64,000 nt of DNA from Candidatus Microgenomates bacterium (GCA_049519355.1 JBEKQV010000001.1:220491-284490); one strand, 5' to 3'; shown: positions 38,570-48,393, numbered from the stretch's first letter. Translations and numbers: made by a program. The notes: generated by a model from the letters alone, not told the origin.

Positions 38570-39420
38570 GTGCTAAGCCTGGATAAAACCACCTTACCCC
38601 AGTCATTGGGGTGGAAAATAGCCCGCGTTCTTGTAATTATCTCGCGGGTGAGTTTTCCCTTCATATGAAGATATTGAAAACGGAATGCCAAAATTTCAAA
38701 AATGTTTTGTCTTGAGTGCATTTTTCGAGTTCTAAGCTTGGGGCTTTTGATCTTTACGGAGTTTGGCCAATATTTTAATATCCATCTGTTTTTAGACAAA
38801 AACTCTTCGTAGGTTTCCTTTTTATTCACAAGCGGAACAATTTGAGCAATCTCGTGAGCTGTATAAATATTTCTTGGATTTCTCCATATTAAATCGCTCT
38901 CATCCATCCACATATTTAAACAAAGCTTGTCTTTTTGGCTTGAATCATTTGACCTTCTGGCACTAAAACCAAATAGACTAATAACAATATAAGCAAACAA
39001 ACGTGTTGACCAAAGATGACCACTTTTAGTAATTATTAGAAAATCAATATCACTTTCCTCGCCCGAATTTGCCATAGCCAATGAACCGGTAACGCCAATC
39101 ATCTTAATGCCTTGTAAACGAGATAGAACCTTTGCCGCATTCTTGGCAATTTCCATCTTTTGGGAGGAAATCCGTTCGCGAAGTGCCCTTTTATAAACCA
39201 GACCTTCTTTTTTCTTCAAAACAAAATAACCGTTTTTACAAACCACAGAAAGATTTCGTTTTGAAGTTCGATATGCACTCCCAACATTCCACTTAATGAG
39301 ATCAGCAAAAGTCAAAGGATAATCGAAGATGTCGTGATAATAAACACTGAGCTTCTCGCCTTCCCCTAACGCTTCCTTGGGGTCTCCGTTTTTGTCTGAA
39401 ATTGCATAAAAATCTAGCAT
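38566..39420 (-). CDS. Pol-beta superfamily nucleotidyltransferase-domain protein
   Basis: GVTGSLA...ESDIDFLII; N-terminal YHDIFDYPLT. Start MLDF coupled by TAATG to the upstream gene. Confidence 0.8.
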   Translation of the reverse strand: MLDFYAISDKNGDPKEALGEGEKLSVYYHDIFDYPLTFADLIKWNVGSAYRTSKRNLSVVCKNGYFVLKKKEGLVYKRALRERISSQKMEIAKNAAKVLSRLQGIKMIGVTGSLAMANSGEESDIDFLIITKSGHLWSTRLFAYIVISLFGFSARRSNDSSQKDKLCLNMWMDESDLIWRNPRNIYTAHEIAQIVPLVNKKETYEEFLSKNRWILKYWPNSVKIKSPKLRTRKMHSRQNIFEILAFRFQYLHMKGKLTREIITRTRAIFHPNDWGKVVLSRLST

Positions 39421-40844
39421 TATTTCGCGACCAGTCCGTATTGGGCAAGAACCTGTGCTACACCTTGTGCACAAGTGGCAAGAGCTTCGGTCGCCGTCTC
39501 ACTTCCGTTAGCAACCGCGTTGACTGCATCTCCAAAATAATTTATGAGTTGCGAGTTCATTCCTGTGGGTCCGTCAAAAGTTCTACTATCAAGATACCAG
39601 CTTTCCGCTCCGGGTGCCTGGGCCACAATCGAACCGAGGATTGGATGGTTTGTGAGAAGTGATGCCATATCGGGTCTGGGATAGGGTTCACCAAAAGACC
39701 TCTCTACCGATTCGTTCTGAAACATCTTTTGCAGGGAATCTTGAGTACTTAAAAATTTGAGAAAATCCCAGGCAACAGCTTTGTTGGTGCTTTTTGACCA
39801 AACCCCCTGTGCCCAATATGTAGCGTAGGTTATATCCGGCTGATTTGGATTATCTTTAGGGAGTTGAGGAATCGGGACTGTTTTGAACTTAAGGTTTGGG
39901 TTCGCCTGCTGTACCTGAAAAGCCTCCCAACTCGGTCCGATGTACATTGCCAAATTTCCTGCAGCAAACATCTGTGTGGACGGAGGAAGCGTCGCATCCC
40001 AAACCCCGTCGATTGTGGAAAAAACGGTAAAGAAGGTCAAGGCATCTTCGGCCGGCTTCCCTGTTGGGTTATTTAAATCAACCCCATTTTGCAACATAAG
40101 AAGTGCCAAAATCTCCGGCCAATTATCAACATTCTCGGTCCTTCCCAGTGCCACTCCGGATTGGGTAATTACTCCCTGATCATTTTTAATGGTCAACTCC
40201 CTGGCGGTGGTCCGCAGATCGTCCCATGTAGTCGGGGGTGTTTTTCCGGCTGCATTGAAAATATCCTCATTGATAAAAAGTGTGAGGCCATCATATTCAA
40301 GCGGAATCCCGACAATCGAACTCCCGTTCGTTAAATCCGATGAGGCAATCGGATAAAATGTCTTGGAATATTCATCTGCGCCCATTACGGATGCTGGCAA
40401 ACTGTCCAAATCATCCTTAAACATCGGAACCCAAGAATTATGAAATGCAAAAATGTCCGGCCCCGTCCCTTTCGCCAGAGAATTTGTTAATCTTTCCCTG
40501 TAATCCTGGTCGGATTGTGCCACGTAGGTAATCTTAACTCCGGGATGCGCCGATTCATAGGCCGATATTAATGGCGAAACAATAGAAGAATCTTCCCAAA
40601 GTCCCCACCATGTAATTTGTCCTGAAGGAGAACTTTTTTTGCTTAAAATCCTACCGACCAAAAGTGCCAGGACCAAAATTAAAACCACTGCGCCGGCAAT
40701 TATGAGAATAGTTGGAATTCTTTTTTTTGGTAAAGGAGGAATAATTGGCTGTGGCACGGCGGATTGGGGCGGTGGTACCTGGACTTGACCTGCCGGTTGC
40801 GAAGCGGCAGAGTTTGTATTTACGTAAATATCCTTGGGTGGCAT
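39420..40844 (-). CDS. Membrane-anchored extracellular sugar-binding protein (ABC SBP family 1-like)
   Basis: ITWWG, GPDIF, LFINEDIF, PTTWDDL, FAAGNLAMY and AWDFLKFL; Pro-rich N-tail plus TM. Confidence 0.88.
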   Translation of the reverse strand: MPPKDIYVNTNSAASQPAGQVQVPPPQSAVPQPIIPPLPKKRIPTILIIAGAVVLILVLALLVGRILSKKSSPSGQITWWGLWEDSSIVSPLISAYESAHPGVKITYVAQSDQDYRERLTNSLAKGTGPDIFAFHNSWVPMFKDDLDSLPASVMGADEYSKTFYPIASSDLTNGSSIVGIPLEYDGLTLFINEDIFNAAGKTPPTTWDDLRTTARELTIKNDQGVITQSGVALGRTENVDNWPEILALLMLQNGVDLNNPTGKPAEDALTFFTVFSTIDGVWDATLPPSTQMFAAGNLAMYIGPSWEAFQVQQANPNLKFKTVPIPQLPKDNPNQPDITYATYWAQGVWSKSTNKAVAWDFLKFLSTQDSLQKMFQNESVERSFGEPYPRPDMASLLTNHPILGSIVAQAPGAESWYLDSRTFDGPTGMNSQLINYFGDAVNAVANGSETATEALATCAQGVAQVLAQYGLVAK

Positions 40845-40898
40845 TTTTTGTTTTTGCTGAGTCTAAATCTTAACTAAATGGTATCATATGCGGGGAAT

Positions 40899-42686
40899 AT
40901 GGCAAAGCAACATAATCTCAAGCGTACAAAGAAAGTTTTCCGCCAAGTAAGTAAAATAAAGTTCTCGCGACTCATTACACCGCTTCTTTTTGTTCTTGCA
41001 ATTATTCTGGGTTCATTTGCGTCATATCTCATCGCCTATTACGGAAAGATCTATCCCAATACAAAGATTGCCGGTTTGGATATTAGCGGAAGAAGCCCGA
41101 CCGATTCAATAACTTTACTAAACCAGTACATAGTTCCTCCCGAAGAATTAACACTATATTACCAAGGCCATCTTTATAATATAAAGACTAATGATATTGA
41201 CTTTTCCTACGATTTCGCCGTCTCAGCCGAGACGGCTTATGAATATACCCGGACTGGGTTTATCTTAAAAGATCTCGTCAACCGTCTCGATATCATTGTC
41301 CACCCCAAAGATTTTCCCCTGGTGACAAATATCAATAATGATAAATTAAATAAAATTCTCTCTTCCATTTCAGGACAGATTTCTGTCAAACCAGTCAACC
41401 CGACAATTAATCTTGTCGACGGCAAGATAATTATTAACAAAGGGTCTCCCGGCATAGAAGTTAATCAGGAAGCCCTAACCGCGTTGATCGAAAAAAACCT
41501 GGCAACGGCTAAAACGGCAGAAATAGAAATTCCCGTAAGTATAACCGACAATACACTAAGTCAAACCGAGGCGGATTCCCTTCAGTCACGCGCGGCAAAA
41601 TATCTCGGCAAAAACATTCAAATGAAGTTTGAGTACAACACATTAGTACTTAATGATAGCGATATACTCAAACTTCTGGATCCGGAATCCGGATACAACG
41701 AGCAAGCTATTACGGATTTTATTCAAAAAACTGCAACTTCCGTTGATCGGAATCCTGTAAATCCAAAGTTTGTTTTTACCGGCGGAAAAGTAACCGAATT
41801 TCAGCCGGCCCTGGACGGGATCAAAACCGACCAAGAAAGTTTTAAAAACCAACTTACCGCTTCACTCGACAAACTCGAATCCACCGCAGATTTGTCCGAA
41901 ACTTTCGACATTCCTGTTGCTAAAAACCTACCCGAAGTTTCAACTGATGAAGTGAACAATCTTGGTATTAAGGAGCTTATCGGTAGAGGCGTTTCGACTT
42001 ATTTCCATTCGGCCGACTCCCGCGTCCACAACGTCGTCCTTGCTGCCTCCAGAATAAACGGCACATTGGTTAAACCTGGCGACACTTTTTCTTTTAATAC
42101 TACACTCGGTGACGTTTCTGCCTTTACAGGATACCAGCAAGCTTACATTATTTCTGAAGGAAGAACGGTTCTCGGTGACGGAGGAGGTGTTTGCCAGGTT
42201 TCTACCACTCTTTTCAGAGCAATCTTAAATGCCGGTCTCCCTGTAATCGAAAGGACAGCACACGCGTACAGAGTTGGTTACTACGAGCAGGATTCGCCCC
42301 CGGGATTCGACGCAACTGTTTACGGGCCTGAGCCGGACCTGAAGTTCAAAAACGATACTCCGGCATACATACTAATAGAGGCCCAGGACGATCCGAAAAA
42401 CTACTCTCTTACCTTTGAACTTTACGGCACCAGTGACGGAAGAGTCGCAAATACCTCTAAACCTGTTGTTTCCAATATTACCCCTGCTCCCCCAGCCTTA
42501 TATCAAGATGACCCAACGCTACCGGCAGGAACAATTAAACAAACCGATTTTGCGGCATCCGGTGCAAAAGTTGTATTTAATTATTCGGTAACAAGAGACG
42601 GAAAACAAATTTATCAAAAAACCTTTGTCAGTAATTATCAACCCTGGCAGGCGGTTTATTTACGAGGAACAGGGCCAGCAATTTAG
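40899..42686 (+). CDS. VanW-family protein with peptidoglycan-binding (YoaR-like) repeats and G5-like C-terminus
   Basis: RVHNV, FSFNTTLG, GGGVCQVSTTLFRA, ERTAH, DATVY and DLKFKN. Alternative start 40878. Confidence 0.92.
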   Translation: MAKQHNLKRTKKVFRQVSKIKFSRLITPLLFVLAIILGSFASYLIAYYGKIYPNTKIAGLDISGRSPTDSITLLNQYIVPPEELTLYYQGHLYNIKTNDIDFSYDFAVSAETAYEYTRTGFILKDLVNRLDIIVHPKDFPLVTNINNDKLNKILSSISGQISVKPVNPTINLVDGKIIINKGSPGIEVNQEALTALIEKNLATAKTAEIEIPVSITDNTLSQTEADSLQSRAAKYLGKNIQMKFEYNTLVLNDSDILKLLDPESGYNEQAITDFIQKTATSVDRNPVNPKFVFTGGKVTEFQPALDGIKTDQESFKNQLTASLDKLESTADLSETFDIPVAKNLPEVSTDEVNNLGIKELIGRGVSTYFHSADSRVHNVVLAASRINGTLVKPGDTFSFNTTLGDVSAFTGYQQAYIISEGRTVLGDGGGVCQVSTTLFRAILNAGLPVIERTAHAYRVGYYEQDSPPGFDATVYGPEPDLKFKNDTPAYILIEAQDDPKNYSLTFELYGTSDGRVANTSKPVVSNITPAPPALYQDDPTLPAGTIKQTDFAASGAKVVFNYSVTRDGKQIYQKTFVSNYQPWQAVYLRGTGPAI

Positions 42687-42710
42687 CTTCAAAATTGGTA
42701 CAATAGCCTC

Positions 42711-43769
42711 ATGCAGGTAATTAAATTAAAAGGTAAAGCCGTCGGAGCTGCGGTAGAAATTTTGAAAAAGGGCGGACTTATTGTTTATCCGACCGAAACT
42801 CTTTATGGCATCGGGGCCGATGCAACTAATTCTCAGGCTATTAAAAAACTGACAGAATACAAAAATCGGCCTTTTGGAAAACCTTATTCTATTGCCGTAA
42901 CCGACCGAAAAATGGCTGAGGATTATGTTGAACTAAACGAAACCGCCAGTAATCTCTACAAAGAATTTCTTCCCGGCCCTTTAACCGTAATATCTAAAGG
43001 AAAACACAAAGTGTCCACGGGTGTTGAAAGCGAGGACGGAACTTTAGGAATACGTATCCCCGACTATAAATTGGTAATAGAAATTGTAAAAAAATTTGGG
43101 AAACCCATCACCTCGACTTCCGCAAATGCAAGTTATAAAAAACGTCCTTATAAAATTTCCGACATACTTGAAAATATTAGCGCAAAGCAAAAAAAACTGG
43201 TTGATTTAATTATTGATGCGGGAACTCTTCCACACAATGAACCTTCGACAGTAATTGATACGACGCTGGACAATCCAGTAACTTTGCGCCAAGGGAAAAT
43301 TAAATTAACCGATAAAAACGAGGTACTAACCAGAAGTGAGGAAAACACTGAAAATCTTGCAAAAGAAATCTGGCAAAAATACGAAATGCATATAGGAAAA
43401 CGCGCAATTATTTTTGCTCTTCAAGGAAAAATGGGTACCGGCAAAACTATTTTTACCAAAGGCCTCGCGCGTGCTATGGGAATAAGTGAACTGGTTACCT
43501 CCCCCACTTTCGCACTCGAAAATGAATACGAAACCGGTAAGAAAAAATTATTTCATTTTGATGCTTGGAGACTCGATAAATCGACTGAACTAAGAGCCCT
43601 AGGGTTTGAAAATCTTATTAAAAACAGGTCTGTCGTTTCAATCGAGTGGGCCGAAAGGGTTGCCGACATTATTCGTGAGTTCGACGACGAGGCAATAATC
43701 ATTTGGATAAAACTGGAGTTTGGGAAAAAGGAAAACGAAAGAAAAATTTCTTGGGGGGTTACACAATGA
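42711..43769 (+). CDS. tsaC: Fused TsaC (YrdC/Sua5) and TsaE (YjeE ATPase)
   Basis: N part: YPTETLYG, KNRP, PGPLT, TSTSAN, PSTVID. C part: GKMGTGKT, VTSPTF, HFDAWRL, IEWAE. Confidence 0.92.
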   Translation: MQVIKLKGKAVGAAVEILKKGGLIVYPTETLYGIGADATNSQAIKKLTEYKNRPFGKPYSIAVTDRKMAEDYVELNETASNLYKEFLPGPLTVISKGKHKVSTGVESEDGTLGIRIPDYKLVIEIVKKFGKPITSTSANASYKKRPYKISDILENISAKQKKLVDLIIDAGTLPHNEPSTVIDTTLDNPVTLRQGKIKLTDKNEVLTRSEENTENLAKEIWQKYEMHIGKRAIIFALQGKMGTGKTIFTKGLARAMGISELVTSPTFALENEYETGKKKLFHFDAWRLDKSTELRALGFENLIKNRSVVSIEWAERVADIIREFDDEAIIIWIKLEFGKKENERKISWGVTQ

Positions 43770-44794
43770 AAATTTTGGCAATTGATACAAGTTGCGATGA
43801 AACAGCCGCCGCGGTAACTGAAGGAACAAACATCACATCAAACGTGATTTGGTCTCAGGCCTCGGCTCATGCGAAATTCGGTGGAGTCATGCCATCTCTT
43901 GCACAACGCATGCATGAGGAAAGAATCGATTGGGTTATCGATAGAGCACTGGGAAAAGATTATAAAAACCTGAACGGAATTGATGCTATTGCGGTAACGG
44001 TTGGCCCCGGACTTTCGATTGCACTTGGTGTTGGAATCGACAGAGCCAAAAAGCAGGCAATAAAACACAATATAAAAATAATCGCCATAAACCATCTAGA
44101 GGGCCATGTGTTAAGTCCGCTGGCAAATAATAAAAAAGTCAGTGATATTGTCTTCCCCGCACTGGGACTAGTGATTTCCGGTGGCAATACACTATTCATC
44201 AAAATTAAAAAAATCGGTTCCTACCAAATTTTGGCGCAAACTACAGATGATGCTCTAGGAGAAGCTCTTGACAAGGGTGCACGAATGATGGGCCTCGGCT
44301 ACCCGGGCGGCGCGGTTTTGGAACGGATGGCAAGACTTGGAAACTCCAAAAAATATAAATTGCCCATTCCGATCGTCGGACAAGAAGCACGCAGAATGTT
44401 CACCTATTCCGGTTTAAAAACGGCAATGTACCGTCTGGTGGAATCAGAAAAACCTCTAACAAAGCGAAAGATTTACGATCTCGCCGCTTGTTTTCAGGAT
44501 GTAGCTTTTTCCCACTTAACCAGAACCATCAAATATATTCTTAGAAATGATTTTGCGGTAAAACCAGGCACTCTTTTGGTCGGAGGCGGAGTTGCCGCCA
44601 ACGTGGAAGTCCGCAAAAGATTAAGAAAACTCGGAAAAGAGTTCGGAATTAAAGTCCTATTTCCGTATTCAAAAAAAATCACGGGTGATAACGCCGCCAT
44701 GATTGGAGTTGCCGCATCTTTTAAATATGAATGTCAAGAATTTGCAAAAACCGAAAGTGTCGATAGAAAACCAAACGCAAAGATAACCGATTGA
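43766..44794 (+). CDS. tsaD: tRNA N6-threonylcarbamoyltransferase TsaD
   Basis: MKILAIDTSCDET, NHLEGH, DDALGEALDK, YSGLKTA and DNAAMIG; ATGA-coupled to the upstream gene. Confidence 0.96.
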   Translation: MKILAIDTSCDETAAAVTEGTNITSNVIWSQASAHAKFGGVMPSLAQRMHEERIDWVIDRALGKDYKNLNGIDAIAVTVGPGLSIALGVGIDRAKKQAIKHNIKIIAINHLEGHVLSPLANNKKVSDIVFPALGLVISGGNTLFIKIKKIGSYQILAQTTDDALGEALDKGARMMGLGYPGGAVLERMARLGNSKKYKLPIPIVGQEARRMFTYSGLKTAMYRLVESEKPLTKRKIYDLAACFQDVAFSHLTRTIKYILRNDFAVKPGTLLVGGGVAANVEVRKRLRKLGKEFGIKVLFPYSKKITGDNAAMIGVAASFKYECQEFAKTESVDRKPNAKITD

Positions 44795-44810
44795 TGTTAC
44801 AATTGTAGCC

Positions 44811-46925
44811 ATGGACCCCCAATACAACCACCAAAGATACGAAACGGATATTTATAAAAAATGGGAGGATTCAGGTGCTTTCTCCCCTGCTAAAAATGAT
44901 AAAACTCCTTTTACTATTATTATGCCTCCCCCCAACGCAAACGACCCGCTCCATATTGGCCACGCTAGGTTTATTGCAATTGAAGACGTTCTAATCCGCT
45001 ACCATAGAATGCTTGGTGAGCCGACACTTTGGCTCCCCGGAAGTGATCACGCCGGAATTGAAACCCAGTTTATGTTTGAAAAAAAGCTGGATAAGGAAGG
45101 CAAAAGCAGATTCGACTATGGCCGTGATACGCTTTACAAAATGATCTGGGACTTTGTCCAGGAGAATACAGGAACAATGGAGTCCCAACTCAAAAGACTG
45201 GGCGCTTCCTGCGATTGGACAAGGTTTAAATTCACACTGGATCCCAAAATAATAAAAATTATTTACCAAACATTCAAAAAACTCTATGACGACGGTCTAG
45301 TTTACAGGGGTGAAAGGATCGTAAATTATTGCACAAAATGCGGAACCGCCTATTCTCAACTCGAAGTTGATTATGTGGAACGCGACGACAAACTCTATTA
45401 TTTAGACTACGGACCGATTACGATCGCAACAACACGCCCCGAAACTATTTTCGCCGACGTGGCCGTTGCCGTAAACCCCGCGGACAAAAAGTATGCAAAG
45501 TTGGTAGGATTAACCGCAAAAATCCCGCTTATTAACCGCGAAGTTCCGGTAATTGAGGATAAGTTGGTGGATATAAGCTTCGGAACAGGGGCCCTGAAAA
45601 TTACACCGGCACATGACGCAACCGATTTCGAGATCGGACGGGCTCATAATTTACCAACAATTTCCGTAATCGATGAAAACGGGCGTATGACTGGCACTCC
45701 GAGCAAATATATCGGTATGAAAGCGGCAACTGCACGCGATGAGGTTGTCAAAGATTTAATTGCCGCGGGCAAGATTGTAAAAACAGAATCAATCCACCAC
45801 CCCGTGGGAACATGTTATAAGGACCACTCAACCATTGAACCGATGGTTTCCAAACAATGGTTTCTGAAAGTTGAGCCGCTGGTCAAGAAATCCCTTGAGG
45901 CAATGAAAAAGGGTGAAGTCAAATTCACAGCCGAGAAATTTGAAAAAATCGCCAAGAACTGGTTTAAAAACTTAAGGGATTGGAATATCAGCCGTCAAAT
46001 TGTTTGGGGCATAAGAATCCCCGCCTGGAGATGCGAAAAGTGTCTTGAGTGGACAATTACAGACGGAGAAGAACCATTAAAATGCGAAAAATGCGGACAC
46101 GGCAAATTAACACAGGATAATGATACTTTTGACACTTGGTTTTCCTCAGGGCAGTGGCCGTTTGCAACTCTTAAGACAACAAAAGCAGAAGATTTTGAAA
46201 GATTTTATCCAACAACAGTTATGGAAACCGCATATGACATACTCCCCTTCTGGGTAATAAGAATGATCATGCTGGGAATTTATGCAACAGGCAAGGTACC
46301 GTTTAAAGAAGTACTCATCCACGGACTCGTCCGTGATCGTGAGGGGCAAAAAATCAGTAAATCGAAGGGAAATGTAATTAACCCCATTGAGATGGCGGAT
46401 AAATATGGAGCGGATGCCCTGAGGATGGGACTTTTGTGGGGGGCACTCGTTGAAAACGACGTTGCACTTTCCGAGGAAAACATCAATGCACAGAGAAAAT
46501 TTGCCAACAAGATTTGGAATGCAGCACGTTATCTAATTCTAGAACCGATAGATGAAATACAGGATGTTGGCCTTGTTTCCAGAAAGTTCTCGGGCGTTGA
46601 CATTAAAGAAGACACCAAGAAAGCTTATTTGGAAGAGGCTAAGCAAAGAATGGCTAAAAACATTAGAGAAATATCAAAACATTTAAAGAATCTTGATATT
46701 ACATTTGCCACTGAAAAGGTTTACTCCGAATTTTGGCATTGGTATTGTGATGAGTTAATTGAAAAGTGTAAAGACAATATTATTGAAAAACGAGAAATAA
46801 AGAAGATGTTTCTTGACTTCCTTAAGCTTCTTCATCCTTTCATGCCTTTCCTGACGGAGCAAGTTTGGCACGAGATGGGAGAGGAAGGACTTCTAATAAA
46901 CGCTTCTTGGCCAAAAGCTTACTAA
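44811..46925 (+). CDS. valS: Valine--tRNA ligase (short, 704 aa)
   Basis: PPPN, HIGH, DHAGIETQ, ATTRPET, DWNISRQ, DTWFSS, KISKSKGN and LLHPFMPF. Confidence 0.97.
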   Translation: MDPQYNHQRYETDIYKKWEDSGAFSPAKNDKTPFTIIMPPPNANDPLHIGHARFIAIEDVLIRYHRMLGEPTLWLPGSDHAGIETQFMFEKKLDKEGKSRFDYGRDTLYKMIWDFVQENTGTMESQLKRLGASCDWTRFKFTLDPKIIKIIYQTFKKLYDDGLVYRGERIVNYCTKCGTAYSQLEVDYVERDDKLYYLDYGPITIATTRPETIFADVAVAVNPADKKYAKLVGLTAKIPLINREVPVIEDKLVDISFGTGALKITPAHDATDFEIGRAHNLPTISVIDENGRMTGTPSKYIGMKAATARDEVVKDLIAAGKIVKTESIHHPVGTCYKDHSTIEPMVSKQWFLKVEPLVKKSLEAMKKGEVKFTAEKFEKIAKNWFKNLRDWNISRQIVWGIRIPAWRCEKCLEWTITDGEEPLKCEKCGHGKLTQDNDTFDTWFSSGQWPFATLKTTKAEDFERFYPTTVMETAYDILPFWVIRMIMLGIYATGKVPFKEVLIHGLVRDREGQKISKSKGNVINPIEMADKYGADALRMGLLWGALVENDVALSEENINAQRKFANKIWNAARYLILEPIDEIQDVGLVSRKFSGVDIKEDTKKAYLEEAKQRMAKNIREISKHLKNLDITFATEKVYSEFWHWYCDELIEKCKDNIIEKREIKKMFLDFLKLLHPFMPFLTEQVWHEMGEEGLLINASWPKAY

Positions 46926-46942
46926 TTTGATTAGCCCGAAGG

Positions 46943-47431
46943 TCAATACCCGGCAGGTGATGCTGAAGGAGAAACTAATGGCAAAGCCGACGGAATTGCC
47001 GAAGGCGAAGCACTAGCCACCGGAGTTCCTGAGCCGGTTGCCGCCGGAGTTTCGGTAGGAATTACAGTCGGGAGCGGTGCAATCGTTGTTATCGGAGTTG
47101 GAACGGGTTGTGGCGAAAGAAGTTTCGCCCCGAAAACATATGCAACAACCGCCAGTACTGCAATTACAGCAAGAATTATCGCAACCACCATTAAAGGTGA
47201 ACCTTTCTTCGGGCTTTCGGGAAGTGGAGTGCTCGGTTCAACCGGAGCAGCGGGGGGTGCGGCAGGTATATCCTCAACAACAGATTGAACAGTAGGTGTT
47301 TGAACAGGTGGAGGTGGCGGGGCTACCGGCTGTTGAGTAGCCGCAGCTTTTACGGAAAGGTTTTGCAAATCTTCTTCCAGCTTCTTTACCGCTTCTCCAT
47401 CCCCTTGCGGCTGTGGTGTGTTTGGGTCCAT
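46943..47431 (-). CDS. Pro-rich bitopic membrane protein
   Basis: Pro-rich N-tail, PKK, one TM, P/T/S-rich C-tail. Confidence 0.8.
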   Translation of the reverse strand: MDPNTPQPQGDGEAVKKLEEDLQNLSVKAAATQQPVAPPPPPVQTPTVQSVVEDIPAAPPAAPVEPSTPLPESPKKGSPLMVVAIILAVIAVLAVVAYVFGAKLLSPQPVPTPITTIAPLPTVIPTETPAATGSGTPVASASPSAIPSALPLVSPSASPAGY

Positions 47432-47435
47432 AATT

Positions 47436-47442
47436 TAGAATA
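47436..47442. promoter_or_regulatory. Putative bidirectional -10 between divergent genes
   Basis: TAGAAT on plus (47436-47441) and TATTCT on minus (47437-47442), each 5 nt from an ATG. Confidence 0.6.
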
Positions 47443-47446
47443 TCAT

Positions 47447-47707
47447 ATGTCTGCCAAAACGGTCAACAGGGCCGCAATAGATTTACTTATTTTTGTAGCA
47501 ATCCTCTTTGTTTTACTTTTAACTTCCGTAAATATTGATAACTATTTGGCTCCCAAAAAAGTACTTGGCATTGAAACACAAGTTGGCTCGAATGAAAAAT
47601 TCTGGGAAGATTTTCTAAATAAAAACCCCAACTATATTCCGGGGTGGATAGAAATTGGAAGAACCGACAAAATGAAAGAAATTGATCCGAACTACATTAG
47701 GCCTTAG
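47447..47707 (+). CDS. Small bitopic hypothetical protein
   Basis: MSAKTVNR, one TM, KVLG, FWEDFLNKNPNY. The track start at 47285 overlaps the divergent gene. Confidence 0.7.
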   Translation: MSAKTVNRAAIDLLIFVAILFVLLLTSVNIDNYLAPKKVLGIETQVGSNEKFWEDFLNKNPNYIPGWIEIGRTDKMKEIDPNYIRP

Positions 47708-48389
47708 GTTCTTCTTTTGGAGCTGTGCCTTCTGCCGGTTGTCCCTCGGCAGGTGTTTCACCTTCTGCAGGAACCGCACCTTCCGCGGGAACTTCACCCT
47801 CAGCCGAGGCCGGAGGTGCAACAACTTCCTCCTTTTGAGGGGGTTCAACTTTGACAACAATTTCGTCAGCCCCTGTTTTGACATCAACTTTGCTCCTGTC
47901 AACTTTCAAATCCTTGACAAGTATTGCTTGATCAACTTCAGCAAGGGCCGACATATCGACCGTAAACTTTTCCGGTAAGTCCATTGGAAGCGCTTCAACT
48001 TTAATTTCGTTTATATATTGGACAACGGTGCCGATCGCCTGTTTTTCCGCCGGGGACTCTCCCGTTAGCTCGACAGGTACTTCTGCTTCAACCTTCTCTT
48101 TAAGGTCTACCTGCAAAAAATCGACATGGACGGGGGCATCGCTAACCGGGTTTACCTGAAGGTTATGAACCAAAACGGGCTTTTCGTCTTTACCGATTAC
48201 AAGAGTAAGCAAACCCGTCTCTCCAACTTCCTTATAGACTTTTTCAAAATCTTTAAGAACTACCTGAACCGCCTCTGATTTAATTTTTTTGCCAAAAATA
48301 TTTCCGGGTAAAATTCCTTCTTTTCGAAGATTTTTTACTTTCCGCCCTGAAATTTTTCTGACTTCAGCTTTTAATTCTTGTTTTTGCAT
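47697..48389 (-). CDS. rplY: 50S ribosomal protein L25/Ctc
   Basis: LRKEGILPGNIFG, HVDFLQV and ALPMDLPE; acidic tail. Confidence 0.96.
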   Translation of the reverse strand: MQKQELKAEVRKISGRKVKNLRKEGILPGNIFGKKIKSEAVQVVLKDFEKVYKEVGETGLLTLVIGKDEKPVLVHNLQVNPVSDAPVHVDFLQVDLKEKVEAEVPVELTGESPAEKQAIGTVVQYINEIKVEALPMDLPEKFTVDMSALAEVDQAILVKDLKVDRSKVDVKTGADEIVVKVEPPQKEEVVAPPASAEGEVPAEGAVPAEGETPAEGQPAEGTAPKEEPKA

Positions 48390-48393
48390 ATCT

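Noticed and set aside
38566-39420. Nucleotidyltransferase as a CBASS cyclase or MNT-HEPN antitoxin
   Set aside because: No effector, Cap or HEPN gene is adjacent; the context is housekeeping.
40899-42686. VanW as evidence of a vancomycin-resistance cluster
   Set aside because: No vanA/B/H/X/R/S genes are present; VanW-domain proteins are widespread outside resistance loci.
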